From Tubiluchus corallicola (Eukaryota > Animalia > Priapulida), in the NCBI GenBank assembly GCA_030141605.1, contig JAQGDQ010000380.1:62001-126000 (forward strand): a DNA stretch of 64,000 bases. Direction: 5' to 3'. A program made the position numbers and the translations under genes. Under the pieces are notes generated by a model. That model was given only the letters and a program-made list of their open reading frames with translations, was not told the origin of the DNA and did not search any database. This document shows positions 1-13,346 of the stretch, piece by piece. Each line of letters begins with the position of its first letter. Within the stretch, counting starts at the first letter, position 1.

Positions 1-116
1 TTATATCGGCATTTCTTGGCATTTTTGAGATTTGCGAAGTTTATTCGTTTTTATCTCATTGCAAAGTTTTCTCAGTTTTGTTAACGGAAAGCTTTCACAT
101 TTTGCGATTATGTTAC

Positions 117-182
117 CTGGGTGGCACTGGTGATGAGTCCAACACTGTGCTGAACCTCCGAATGTCCAAACTTTGCCGCCGA
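117..182 (-). CDS. Possible 66-nt exon of an unidentified gene
   Basis: On minus strand ATATTTTTACAG|...CCCAG|GTAACA; phase 0-0 reading SAAKFGHSEVQHSVGLITSATQ is open; GC-richer than flanks. No homology recognised. Confidence 0.3.
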
Positions 183-1524
183 CTGTAAAAATATGTATAT
201 ATATATACATATGTATACATGTCATTTATTTGTACTCATGGTACAATCACATTAAATAAACAAACAGATGGACAACATTAATTAACAAGATTAGTAAGCA
301 ATGTGAATACATACAATTAAGTGAGAGTAAGATATGTTAGTATGGAGTACAAGTCATTCCTGTCAAAAAATCAAAACAATTACGTTCCAGAGCCCCTACA
401 ACTTCTTTAATGAAATTTACAGACCATATTTGTTCATCGCTAGCATTGAGTCTTGTAATCTAATGTACTGGTGGAAAGAACTTTAGAAAGAAAATTTTCA
501 TTTGTGTAAAAAGTTTTCTACTCGTTACAAATAGATAACAAATTATAACCCATTATAGAAGAGGTATGAAATCGAGAAAATTGCAAAGAAATCGGTTATG
601 TGATTTTCATTATATAAGCAACTATGGTAAAATTTAACAAATCGTTTTTGTAAGTGTTTAAGTGATAAAAGGAACGACAAGATCTGTGTGATCTAAACGG
701 CAAATTCCAAAGTTTTCTTACTGCAATATTCCAAGCTGTACTTAGTTCAGAAATTTTATTATCGAGTTTCCAGGTTTCACAATGGTAATCACCTGCATTC
801 TTTTTCCACAGTAATCTTAATACAACGTGACTATGCTCAACAGGTTACTGAACACTTTATAATCATGATCACAGTTTTTCTTAGTTCTCGCTCCATTTCA
901 TCTTTCATTCACTACCCCCCCCCAATTTTATGTATATATTATCATTATTTCAATTATTAATCACTTCTCTAACATCTCCACGTACTGTCAAGCTATGGTT
1001 TTAGGCTCAAACTGTATGCATCAAAATTATTCTGTAATGTAATTTGCACATGTATATGCTGCGTAAGAATCTCTTTTGTAATTTCTGGATAATATTGCAT
1101 TTATATTTACTTCAGTGAAATTATCTGTATTTTTATTATAACTGTTAGATGCAGAGTGGAAATAAATAAACTTATAACTTAAGGTTTGATTTCCGTAGTA
1201 ACTGTGACAGTAGCTATTGAACTATACCATTGTTTAATTCCATAAAGATTATTGGATATTTTTCTCATTGGGTTTATATCCCAGTGTTTCTATAAATATT
1301 ACAGTTCCGAGAATCTAACTTTTGCACAACAAAATGTGCATGAGGACAGCTAATACCTACACAAGAAAATACTTACATTAATTATTCTTAAGCAAGGTCT
1401 TTCCTAAACGGATTTGACGAAATTGCAAAACCGACTAGGAAATGCTGCCGGAAATAATTTAATTATTGCTGAACTGCCAATGCCTACTGCATGGCAATGT
1501 CCATGCAGAAATGTAATTTCTAAC

Positions 1525-1695
1525 CGTGTGACAATCTTTTACTGCTTCAGCTTTGGTTTCGTCAGTCGTAAAGAAGTTTTTGAGCTGGTATTTCGCTGAG
1601 CCAGTGCGAATTTGTATGCTAATTGTTTTCGATCGTTTCGCTGTAATGGATTTCACTCCATTTCTGGTCAGGCTGGCTGTCTTTAGCTTGTCTGA
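1525..1695 (-). CDS. Possible 171-nt exon of an unidentified gene
   Basis: CCTTGACAG|TCAGAC...CACACG|GTTAGA; open in phase 0 (SDKLKTASLTRNGVKSITAKRSKTISIQIRTGSAKYQLKNFFTTDETKAEAVKDCHT); phase-compatible with 117-182. Weak splice sites, no homology recognised. Confidence 0.25.
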
Positions 1696-1889
1696 CTGTC
1701 AAGGTATTGCCACAAGTGGTTTGGGCATGTGTCATATAAACACAGACAATCAATAAGCTCAAAGGAGTTGATAGATAATAAAAGGTGCAAGTGTTTATGC
1801 ATGGGTAGTTATGTTTAAAACCTGTCATAACTGTCCATAGTGATGGGCGATTAATAGATTAATCGAATTAATAGAGAAAACAGTTTTTT

Positions 1890-2180
1890 CTTCAGGCTGT
1901 TTGACAAAAATTTCCGAAAAAACGCCCGTCGCGGGACGCCGTGGCCCTCTCGCGAATTCTAAATATGCCTACTGCACCCATCGCTGAACGGGGGCTATCT
2001 ATCCATAGCCAGCACCACCCATGGCCCGTTCCCGTTCTTCAGATCTCAGACGTATAAGTTTTGCAAAAAACGGCCGAAAAATGGCCATTTTTGGAGGTTA
2101 TTCGCCCCCGTTCCTCGCGGTGGGCCCGATTTGAAAAATAAACCCCCAATGAGATGACACTAGATCGAGACCTTTCGTTT
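1890..2180. mobile_element. Dispersed repeat, copy 1 (inverted copy at ~41650-41960)
   Basis: GC-rich segment aaaacgcccgtcgcgggacgccgtggccctctcgcgaattctaaatatgcc... matches the reverse complement of ~41650-41960 by eye. Confidence 0.75.
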
Positions 2181-3892
2181 GATGTATAGATCGCCGCAAA
2201 TGGTGCCGTAGTCAAAGCTGTAGCCTCGAATCTTATATATTAAGCCCATACCAGTAGAATTAATATATACGATTACAACCATGTATGAATCAATATTATC
2301 AGCGATTGAACAATAATTTAGTTGATCGAGAGCAAAGTGACTAGATGGCAGTGTTTTGGCACAGACACACGGAATTCCTGCATTTGTCTCACCTTGTACA
2401 ATGCACACAGTTGCAAACCGCAGTGTTGCAAACTGAGGCTTCTTATTCGTTTTCACGTGACGTGTGCAGTTGACGTAGTAACAGAGTAGTTAATAAATCT
2501 GCATGTCTGTAAAAATAGTTTGCGTGTATGAAAATGGCAGACGGTGACGAAAGCCATGAAGAAGTTTATAGCCGATTTCAGTCCTGCAATGTTTGAAAAG
2601 TACGGCTAAAAACACAAAAAAGTCGTTTCAAAAAACATTAAACCAGATATCGAATTCAAAGAACAAGATTATAATCGAATTACGGAACTTCAAAATCGCC
2701 GATCACTAACTGCCCATTTATTATCGTCCGTCATAAGGTTATTGATTTTTTGTACAATCTTGTAGGTTTCACATTTGTATTCAAGCTTTTTTCCATTAAC
2801 CCTTTTCTTCTGTCTGAATGTGACAGAGCATATTTCCTTATTTCTGCTAAACATTGTACCGGCTAGCACGAAGCGTCACAACTGCGCGAATCGTTCACCT
2901 AGTTTTTTTGTGTATTTGGTTTGACGATCGGTAATAACTGATGTGAAAAAAGGGGTGAGGCAGAGAAGAGAGCACCCACTCTCTCAAGAGGAGGCAAGTA
3001 CAGACATCTGGCCTGCCTCTTGTGATTTGGCATACAGGAAATTGATGATGATGACAAATGTATTATTTGCACAATATATATACATGCAAAGCTTCTATTT
3101 GCAGGCCGATAATTCTGCACTGTATCACGATATATGAGTATATATACAACATATAATATGGTCAATACATAATTATATAATTATACAATATATGGTCAAT
3201 TATAATTATGTCCTTAATACAAACACCACAAACTTGCTTATAAAACATTTTAGCAATTATTTACAATAATTAAGGTCCACAATAGCAGAATTCGTTCACC
3301 GGGATTATTTAGATTACACTACTAGGAAAGTATTAAAAATGACAAACTTTTCTACATGCACGATTTACTTACAAATATATAAGAAGAAGGACTTTTGCTA
3401 AAATGTACGATAAAACCAGGATAAATTTTGCCCGAGTTATACATATACGTATATAAATTGCATACCTGCATGTAATCATTCTGGATTTCTAGCACGGATT
3501 TGTATAGACAATATAGATATCCAATTTTTAGCTTTCAGATTTGCAATAATGGTCAGTATAGGATTGTCTTTACATATGTAGCGGAGACAGAGTGACGGAG
3601 AGTGCTAGAGAGTTGTTAATTTGATTTCAAACAATAATGGTTGTCATTGTGTATTCCTGTTGGCCTCTCTGTATAAGAATTAACTTTTCCGTATCCACAA
3701 TGGTGTCACTTTCACCTACAGAAATAAAAAATACGTTTGCCACGTTTTGAATAACTTAAAGAAAATGTCAAACCATCTTGGAAGTTAGGCTTATTTCAAT
3801 GATCAGGAAAAATGTTAAGAGGATGTAGTGATAAAAATGGGATAAGCATCTCGTGTAATTAGCAAAACCGCTTTAAAGTCACGTTCATGTTG

Positions 3893-4379
3893 CATGGATG
3901 AGAATTTTCCGTGGATACGCGGAATTCCAAGTTTTTGGAAGCCCAGTAGTGCCATTTTTGTAAATCGCGTAATTTCGTTGAGAAAATTTTTACGGACCCA
4001 GTATATTATTTCACAAGTTGACCGCTAGGTGGCAGGCCGTCACTTTGTTTACATCACGTAAATCAGTGTAACCACGTGTAGATCTCTATGTATAAAAATA
4101 TAGAATCAATTGTGCGGAGTTATTTGAGTCAATTGCAGACAGTTTTTATATACTTTTGCATAGGAGTGACCAGTACTTGGGCATTTTTGAGACAATTAGG
4201 TATCATGTATCCTTGATAGTTGGGTATTTTAAATTATGCATGAAACAAGGTAACTGATATTTTAAGTCCACTTAGAGGGGCTCTCTATGGTCACAAAATT
4301 GCAATTTGTTGCTGCCTACGTGGCCCCCAAACCCCCGGCCTGTTTAAGAGTTTTTTGCAATTTGTGATTCTCATACCGG
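3893..4379. mobile_element. Non-autonomous TIR element (CAGGGATGAGAAT family), copy 1
   Basis: Imperfect TIRs catggatgagaat / attctcataccgg; body closely matches 33148-33617; flanked by direct repeat ATGTTG (3887-3892 / 4380-4385). Confidence 0.85.
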
Positions 4380-5016
4380 ATGTTGCCTTGGGCACTCCCA
4401 TTTTATATGCCCGCTCTTCCACCAATGACGTCATTCATCGGTGGAAGAAAGTGGTGCATTTCCGCAAATGTAAAGCCTTTTGCAAAAAAATGGGTGTCTA
4501 ATTTTGTGATATTTTGAGTGATCGTAGGCAATTTGTAGAAATTTGAAAAGCTTTACGGAAAGCCTCGTTGCGCTTACGAATGTCGCGATGTCCACCAGTT
4601 ACATCATAATTTTCAGTTGTCCTTTCCTTTAAATATCAATCAGATAAGCAAGAGTGTTCACGATATATCTTCCGTCACATAACATTAATTTACGTAGAAT
4701 CAGAAATAATAGTGAAATGTATACAAGCACTGAAATGGTGTCCATTAACGTGTGTGTTTGTATTCATTGAGTTGAACATGGTTTTAGCCATTTTCAGCAA
4801 ACTTGCGGTAAAAGTGAGTTTATTACCCCTATGCTGTCCATTTAATTTCACCACTTATTACTGTTCACATAGTTTCTGCAGTTCACTGTGCTTGCTCAAC
4901 AGCAACTGCTGTAAGATTTTTGAAACCTTTGTCTCTGGGATGTGGTCTGATTCAAGAAAAAGTTATTATAAACGTAATGAATATTTTATGTTTCGTTTTA
5001 TTTTATGTTATTTTCG

Positions 5017-5880
5017 CTGCAGCACGACTCATTAGTGTGGAGCAGACATGTCCATGTGAATGGACTGCAGCATGTCTTATTAGCGTGGAGCAGACATGTC
5101 CATGTGCGTGGACTGCAGCATGACTCATTAGCGTGGAGCAGACATGTCCATGTGCATGGACTGCAGCATGGCTCATTAGCGTGGAGCAGACATGTCCATG
5201 TGCGTGGACTGCGGCATGGCTCATTAGCGTGGAGCAGACATGTCCATGTGCGTGGACTGCAGCATGACTCATTAGCGTGGAGCAGACATGTCCATGTGCG
5301 TGGACTGCAGCATGACTCATTAGCGTGGAGCAGACATGTCCATGTGCGTGGACTGCAGCATGACTCATTAGCATGGAGCAGACATGTCCATGTGCGTGGA
5401 CTGCAGCATGGCTCATTAGCGTGGAGCAGACATGTCCATGTGCGTGGACTGCAGCATGTCTTATTAGCGTGGAGCAGACATGTCCATGTGCGTGGACTGC
5501 AGCATGGCTCATTAGCGTGGAGCAGACATGTCCATGTGAATGGACTGCAGCATGTCTTATTAGCGTGGAGCAGACATGTCCATGTGCGTGGACTGCAGCA
5601 TGGCTCATTAGCGTGGAGCAGACATGTCCATGTGAATGGACTGCAGCATGTCTTATTAGCGTGGAGCAGACATGTCCATGTGCGTGGACTGCAGCATGGC
5701 TCATTAGCGTGGAGCAGACATGTCCATGTGCATGGACTGCAGCATGACTCATTAGCGTGGAGCAGACATGTCCATGTGCGTGGACTGCAGCATGGCTCAT
5801 TCACGTGGAGCAGACATGTCCATGTGCATGGACTGCAGCATGACTCATTAGCATGGAGCAGACATGTCCATGTGCATGGA
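5017..5880. repeat. 48-bp tandem array, ~18 copies
   Basis: Unit gcagcatgactcattagcgtggagcagacatgtccatgtgcgtggact; explains the ORFs at 4998-5886. Confidence 0.97.
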
Positions 5881-6896
5881 ATTTAAAAGAAAACACCCAA
5901 AACAGGGTGATTTTTCATATTCTACCCTATTTTGAAGTATGGTAAAAATATACATTTTAATGCCAAAGTGTTTCTGGTAATTAAGCAATAGGCTAAAAAC
6001 TTAATTCAGCCAGTTAGTGCTACTATCACGTTATCACATAATTCTTAACAGCACAAATATTGCACGAGCATACTGAACGTGTTTGTGAAAGCAAAAATTA
6101 AAGTATAATGTTACTGTACAACATTCGGTGTGATATACAAATAGTTACAAATTTCAACTTTACCGCTGTGTTTAAGCATGAACTCTCAAATGTGTGCACC
6201 GCATCACAAATGAACAACTCTAAACTGAGAGGTACAGCACCTGTTTTTGTGCATCACGTTTACAGGATGCAGGACAGGTGCTAGTGCCCATCTAACTAGC
6301 AAATGTCGAGATGCATGTGACGGTGAAGAACTAGTTGGGCGATGCGAAACTTCGTTTCTGTGGTAACAACTCTTTCTTCATTCAAAATGAGTGCACCCAA
6401 CCTTGAAGTGATTGTGACTTTAAATTTATTTTACTAATTACACGAGGCGCTTATCACAATTTTACTGCTGAAATTCCTAAAAAGAATTTCTCAAATGTAA
6501 AAAAAGCTGCACTTCCCGAGAGACCTGGCTTTTCCTTTACGATTTAAATATCACGCACTTCTGTAGCAAGAGACGTTATTCTGCGTTGTAAACCTGTCAA
6601 CTAGGACTCATAAATTTTATTAGAATTGTGGATCGCCTCTGGTCATCTGATCAAAACTCAGTCGACGTCTATCCCTACATGTCGGCAATGTCGTATGCAC
6701 AATTTAGTGCGCTAATCCTGCCAATTCTTACAATACACGGTGAAAAGTAAAAAAATTTATGCTGCAATGAATTGTTATGCATGAGACTGGGGTGCATTGG
6801 AGAATGAAATACTGCATTCGGACGATTACCTCTGCACTTGATGATGAAGTTTTTTTTATGAAGTTTAGTCTATAGAAGCACGTTTTTCCTGGTTAT

Positions 6897-7072
6897 TCAG
6901 GTAAAAAAGTCACAGGTAAAAAAGCCACAGGCAAAAAAGTCACAGGTAAAAAAGTCACAGGTAAAAAGGTCATAGGAAAAAGCCACAGGTAAAAAGCCAC
7001 AGGTGAAAAGGTACTGGAAAAAAGTCACAGGTAAAAAAGTCATAGAAATAAAGCCACAGTAAAAAAGTCACA
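6897..7072. repeat. ~15-bp tandem array
   Basis: Unit caggtaaaaaagtca, ~12 diverging copies. Confidence 0.9.
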
Positions 7073-7269
7073 TTTGCGATCGTACAGCGAAATTCAAGCG
7101 GTTCAATACAATGCCATGTAATTAAACTCATATGACATCAACACAAACTCACACAAACAGCAAATAGAGACAAACAGCTGCAAATCCTACGATGGCATAA
7201 ACACACATACAAAATTACCACCAAAGGAAATGGTCATCAGGTGTGTCACCGGGAAAGATTCAGATTTCG

Positions 7270-7880
7270 TTCCCTACTCACTATCTTCGAACTCTTCCGT
7301 CGGGGAACCGGTCCTTACTCACTGGCTTCAAACTCTCCCGGCGGGGACCCAGTCCCTACTCACTATCTTCGAACTCTTCCGTCGGGGAACCGGTCCTTAC
7401 TCACTGGCTTCAAACTCTCCCGGCGGGGACCCGGTCCCTACTGACTATCTCCAAACTCCCGGTGGGGACCCAGTCCCTACTGACTATCTCCAAACTCCCG
7501 GCGGGGACCCAGTCCCTACTGACTATCTTCAAACTCTCCCGGCGGGGAACCGGTCCCTACTCACTATCTTCAAACTCTCCCGGCAGGGACCCAGTCCCTA
7601 CTCACTATCTTTAAACTCTCCCAGGAGGGACCCAGTCCCTACTCACTATTTTCTAACTCTCCCGGCAGAGACCCGGTCCTTACTCACTATCTTCAAACTC
7701 TCCCGGCAGAGACCCAGTCCCAACTCACTATCTTCAAACTCTTCCGGCGGTGACCCCATTCCTACTCACTCTCTTCAAACTCTCCCGGCGGGGACCCGGC
7801 CCTCACTCACTATCTCCAAACTCTCCCGCAGAGACCCAGTCCCTACTCACTATCTTCAAACTCGCCCGGCGGGGACCCAA
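7270..7880. repeat. 41-bp tandem array, ~15 copies
   Basis: Unit ccctactcactatcttcaaactctcccggcggggacccagt. Confidence 0.95.
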
Positions 7881-8990
7881 TAACTGCCCAACCTTAGATG
7901 TTAAAGTGATAACTACAGACATAACACATAATACAAAGCACAGACAGAACATAACGTAAACCCACTGCAACAATGACAAAAAAGAGAAGGGGCTCCTATA
8001 ACATGATCACAAAGCGCGTAGATGAATCGTTTACATGGACAAGTCAACTTTGTTACAACTTCCGAACTGTTCACATAGAGAATTTCCTGGTGCAACTGAG
8101 ATTATGATATGATAGATGTTTGATATGCGATAGAAATTAGTAGAAGAAAGACGAGAAAGAGCAAAACAAAAAATGAAAACCATATATCAATTATAAAAAC
8201 TGTGACCTAATCCTGACCTATAGCAAGTGCGTGTACACACAAGGAAACTGTGAAAAGGCTTATTACTAAAATAAAGGAACTACTTGATTACTGAGTTTCA
8301 ATCCATTAGTGATCATGGATTGATTATTTAAAAAATCCAGCAAATCACTACCACCATGAGACATTTTGATGTGTCATAAGTCATATTTGGATGATGCTGT
8401 ACATCGTATACCAGTTCCAATAACTCTGCAATGTCTGGATTGCAAATTATTACACAATAGACGTGGGAGATCTGTTCACTGTTGTCCTAGACAAGTTGTA
8501 AATATTCATCGATTTTGGAAATTGCCTGTTTTCTTATGGGAATTTCATATTGCCTGTATCACACGCAGAATTTTACACTGTCACTCGCTAATCATGGATT
8601 ATAGGTTAAAACATGTAAATCACACTTATAGTACTTGTAATATATCAGGCCTTATAATAGTAGCACTAATTCTCATCAAACGACCTCAGACAACTAAATT
8701 TGGCAGCCAAGTCAGCTGTATCATTTTCATGTAAAGCAATGTAGAATTGCCTCCCCGCCGATCTACGGGGGCAAGAAAATTGTAAATTATTTAAACAGAA
8801 TACCGAAAAATTCTTTTACGGTTCTTATTTTGGCTGGTTTGAAAACGTATCAAAACATATTAATTTGACTTATATTTTATGTGTTTTTGCCTTTATAATT
8901 ATTATATTTTGTATACTAATTTTAAATTTGTTGCAACAAGACCACAGTAAATGAGCATGCCAAGCTCAGCGAGTTCATCCTGTATAAATA

Positions 8991-9693
8991 TTTACAATTG
9001 CCCACTCAATTTAACAACACCAACCCTAACCCTAACCCTAACCCTAATCCAACCCTAGTCCTGTCCCAAACTCTAACCTAACCCTAATCCAACCCAACTC
9101 TAGTCCTATCCCTAACTCTAACCCAACCCTAATCCTAACTCTAACCCAACCCTAACTCTAATCCTAATCCAACCATAACCCCAACCCTAATCCTAACCCT
9201 AACTCTAACCCAACCCTAACCCTAATCCTAATCCAACCGTAACCCTAACCCAACCCTAATTCTATCCATAACTCTAATCCAACCCTAACCCTAATCCTAT
9301 CCATAACTCTAACCCAACCCTAACCCTAACCCAACCCTAATCCTATCCCTAACTCTAACGCATCCCTAACCTTAATCCTACCCAACCCTAATCCTATCGC
9401 TAACTCTAGCCCAATCTCAACCCTAGCCCAATACTAACCCTAACCCTAACCCAATCGTGACTCTAACCATAATCCTATCCCTAACCCAATCATAACCCGA
9501 AGCATAATACAACCGTAATCCTATCCCTAAGTCTAACCCAATCCTGATGCTGACACAATCCTAACCCTAACCCAATTGTAACCCTAACCGTAATCCAACC
9601 ATAATCCTATCCCTAACCGTAATTCAATCCTAATGCTAATCCTAACCCTAATCCGCTTCACGAACTAATTTCTTGTGTTTGGTGAATTGTAAA
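8991..9693. repeat. Degenerate (CCCTAA)n array enclosed by short inverted repeats
   Basis: Array ~9020-9655 of CCCTAA/CTCTAA/TCCTAA variants; flanked by tttacaattgccca (8991) and tggtgaattgtaaa (9680-9693). Confidence 0.85.
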
Positions 9694-10449
9694 CTTTAGC
9701 CATATTTTCTAATAAATATGAAATAAATGATATTTTTGCCCCATTTGACAAAACTTTTTCATCAATTTCTGAATATTTAAAATGGATCAATTAACTATTT
9801 CCTGTCTGACGTAAACTTGGCTTCTTTTTCTCTCTTCATTGGTACATTTTTATTAAAATCCTTTAAGCAGTTGCGTATTTATAGGCAGCAACCTTTTGAA
9901 AATTGGCCAGCTTCTGACCTGGCCCATAATTCTGTGAATATGTCTGCCCTGTATAAAGTATCTCCTTGGATTCTGTGCAAACTTCTTTCTGAACGGCAGG
10001 CTAATTGCACTTGTACCATAATTGCATGCCATTTTATCTGAATTGGCGGTTAATCACTAAATACTACGTGTAGGAGAAAGGCACGCTTATTGGTGTTGTC
10101 TGCAGTGCTACTGATTGTTGTACGGACCTTGTTCAAAAGCTTTTTGAAAATATTAGTTCACGAAATCCATTTTTCAAGAACGAAAAGGTCGCAGTGAATG
10201 TTTTTTTATATCAGTGTGTAAATAAATTCTGCTAAAACTGAATGTATTTGCTGTCTACATAGTAAATTTTAGCTTTTTCAAATAGAGCTAATAAAAGAGG
10301 ATATCTTCGTCAAATTTTGTTGATCACACATTAAAATTATAGGCTTACGATGTGTTCAGACTTGCGAGTTTTCTCTCTGACAGCACGTGTGAGCGAAACA
10401 TTAGAAGGTGCTGACGGCATGTAAACTCTCTGATGGTTGCTGCAAGTTG

Positions 10450-12990
10450 ATCTGGTTGTCTGAACAGTGAACACGCTTTCCAGCTACTTGGTGAAAATAA
10501 CTTGCTAGTCTGAATGGTTGTCTGTACAGTGAACACGCTTGCCAGCTACTTGGTGAAAATAACTTGCTAGTCTGAATGGTTGTCTCTACAGTGAACACGC
10601 TTGCCAGCTACTTGGTGAAAATAACTTGCTAGTCTGAATGGTTGTCTCTACAGTGAACACGCTTGCCAGCTACTTGGTGAAAATAACTTGCTAGTCTGAA
10701 TGGTTGTCTGAACAGTGAACACGCTTGCCAGCTACTTGGTGAAAATAACTTGCTAGTCTGAATGGTTGTCTCTACAGTGAACACGCTTGCCAGCTACTTG
10801 GTGAAAATAACTTGCTAGTCTGAATGGTTGTCTGAACAGTGAACACGCTTGCCAGCTACTTGGTGAAAATAACTTGCTAGTCTGAATGGTTGTCTCTACA
10901 GTGAACACGCTTGCCAGCTACTTGGTGAAAATAACTTGCTAGTCTGAATGGTTGTCTGTACAGTGAACACGCTTGCCAGCTACTTGGTGAAAATAACTTG
11001 CTAGTCTGAATGGTTGTCTGTACAGTGAGCACGCTTGCCAGCTACTTGGTGAAAATAACTTGCTAGTCTGAATGGTTGTCTGTACAGTGAGCACGCTTGC
11101 CAGCTACTTGGTGAAAAGAACTTGCTAGTCTGAATGGTTGTCTGTACAGTGAGCACGCTTGCCAGCTACTTGGTGAAAAGAACTTGCTAGTCTGAATGGT
11201 TGTCTGAACAGTGAGCACGCTTGCCAGCTACTTGGTGAAAATAACTTGCTAGTCTGAATGGTTGTCTGTACAGTGAGCATGCTTGCCAGCTACTTGGTGA
11301 AAAAAACTTGCTAGTCTGAATGGTTGTCTGAACAGTGAACACGCTTGCCAGCTACTTGGTGAAAAAAACTTGCTAGTGTGAATAGTTGTCTGTACAATGA
11401 ACACGCTTGCCAGCTACTTGGTGAAAAAAACTAGCTAGTCTGAATGGTTGTCTGAACAGTGAACACGTTTGCCAGCTAGCTACTTGGTGAAAAAACTTGC
11501 TAGTCTGAATGGTTGTCTGTACAGTGAACACGCTTGCCAGCTACTTGGTGAAAAAATCTTGCTAGTCTGAATGGTTGTCTGTACAGTGAACACGCTTGCC
11601 AGCTACTTGGTGAAAAAACTTGCTAGTCTGAATGGTTGTCTGTACAGTGAACACGCTTGCCAGCTACTTGATGAAAAAAACTTGCTAGTCTGAATGGTTG
11701 TCTGTACAATGAACACGCTTGCCAGCTACTTGGTGAAAAAAACTTGCTAGTCTGAATGGTTGTCTGAACAGTGAACACGCTTGCCAGCTAGCTACTTGGT
11801 GAAAAAAACTTGCTAGTCTGAATGGTTGTCTGAACAGTGAACACGCTTGCCAGCTACTTGGTGAAAAAATCTTGCTAGTCTGAATGGTTGTCTGTACAGT
11901 GAACACGCTTGCCAGCTACTTGGTGAAAAAATCTTGCTAGTCTGAATGGTTGTCTGTACAGTGAACACGCTTGCCAGCTACCGGGTGAAAAAACTTGCTA
12001 GTCTGAATGGTTGTTTGAACAGTGAACACGCTTGCCAGCTACTTGGTGAAAAAAACTTGCTAGTCTAAATGGTTGTCTGTACAGTGAACACGCTTGCCAG
12101 CTACTTGGTGAAAATAACTTGCTAGTCTGAATGGTTGTCTGTACAGTGAGCACGCTTGCCAGCTACTTGATGAAAAAAACTTGCTAGTCTGAATGGTTGT
12201 CTGTACAGTGAACACGCTTGCCAGCTACCGGGTGAAAAAACTTGCTAGTCTGAATGGTTGTCTGAACAGTGAACACGCTTGCCAGCTAGCTACTTGGTGA
12301 AAATAACTTGCTAGTCTGAATGGTTGTCTGTACAGTGAGCACGCTTGCCAGCTACTTGATGAAAAAATCTTGCTAGTCTGAATGGTTGTCTGTACAGTGA
12401 ACACGCTTGCCAGCTACCGGGTGAAAAAACTTGCTAGTCTGAATGGTTGTCTGTACAGTGAACACGCTTGCCAGCTACCGGGTGAAAAAACTTGCTAGTC
12501 TGAATGGTTGTTTGAACAGTGAACACGCTTGCCAGCTACTTGGTGAAAAAAACTTGCTAGTCTAAATGGTTGTCTGTACAGTGAACACGCTTGCCAGCTA
12601 CTTGGTGAAAAAAACTTGCTAGTCTAAATGGTTGTCTGTACAGTGAACACGCTTGCCAGCTACTTGGTGAAAAAATCTTGCTAGTCTGAATGGTTGTCTG
12701 TACAGTGAACACGCTTGCCAGCTACTTGGTGAAAAAATCTTGCTAGTCTGAATGGTTGTCTGTACAGTGAACACGCTTGCCAGCTACTTGGTGAAAATAA
12801 CTTGCTAGTCTGAATGGTTGTCTGTACAGTGAGCACGCTTGCCAGCTACTTGATGAAAAAAACTTGCTAGTCTGAATGGTTGTCTGTACAGTGAACACGC
12901 TTGCCAGCTACTGGGTGAAAAAACTTGCTAGTCTGAATGGTTGTCTGAACAGTGAACACGCTTGCCAGCTACTTGGTGAAAAAATCTTGC
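10450..12990. repeat. 62-bp tandem array, ~41 copies
   Basis: Unit ttgctagtctgaatggttgtctgtacagtgaacacgcttgccagctacttggtgaaaataac; period checked (10501 to 10563). Confidence 0.97.
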
Positions 12991-13012
12991 TGCGCTGTTA
13001 TAGCCGTTAATA

Positions 13013-13346
13013 CAGTGGTTCCCAAACTTTCTCGGACCGTTACCCAAATCGGGAAACCCGGTCGTGTCCATTACCTCCCACCTAGTAATACTTCTCCAAC
13101 TCAAAAAGTAAACACACGTATATACCACAAGCAAGCAAAATTCTAGCTAGTCCAACAAGCGAATGATGGACCCCATGACATAGTGTTGCCTGCCGGAGGC
13201 AGTCTCTTCAAGACGAAAACTACGTAAAATGCATTCCGAGCGAAGTTTTAAAAATTTTCAGAGGGATGCCCGTTACCCCCCCCCCAAAAAAAAAACATAT
13301 TACCCCGGGGGGGGGGGGTAATTTACCCCTACTTTGGGAACCACTG
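13013..13346. mobile_element. hAT-type MITE
   Basis: TIRs cagtggttcccaaa / tttgggaaccactg; perfect 8-bp TSD CGTTAATA (13005-13012 / 13347-13354). Confidence 0.92.

Noticed and set aside
2555-2740. Coding-like + strand stretch (MKKFIADF...)
   Set aside because: In-frame TAA and no similarity to U1-70K or anything I recognise.
4998-5886. Long His/Cys-rich ORFs on both strands
   Set aside because: They are translations of the 48-bp array, open in several frames, with no splice or start context.
9020-9655. Interstitial telomere or fusion site
   Set aside because: Highly degenerate, single orientation and bounded by inverted repeats; a mobile-element origin fits better.
10450-12990. CRISPR-like appearance of this and other arrays
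   Set aside because: Head-to-tail units without unique spacers, no cas genes, eukaryotic context.
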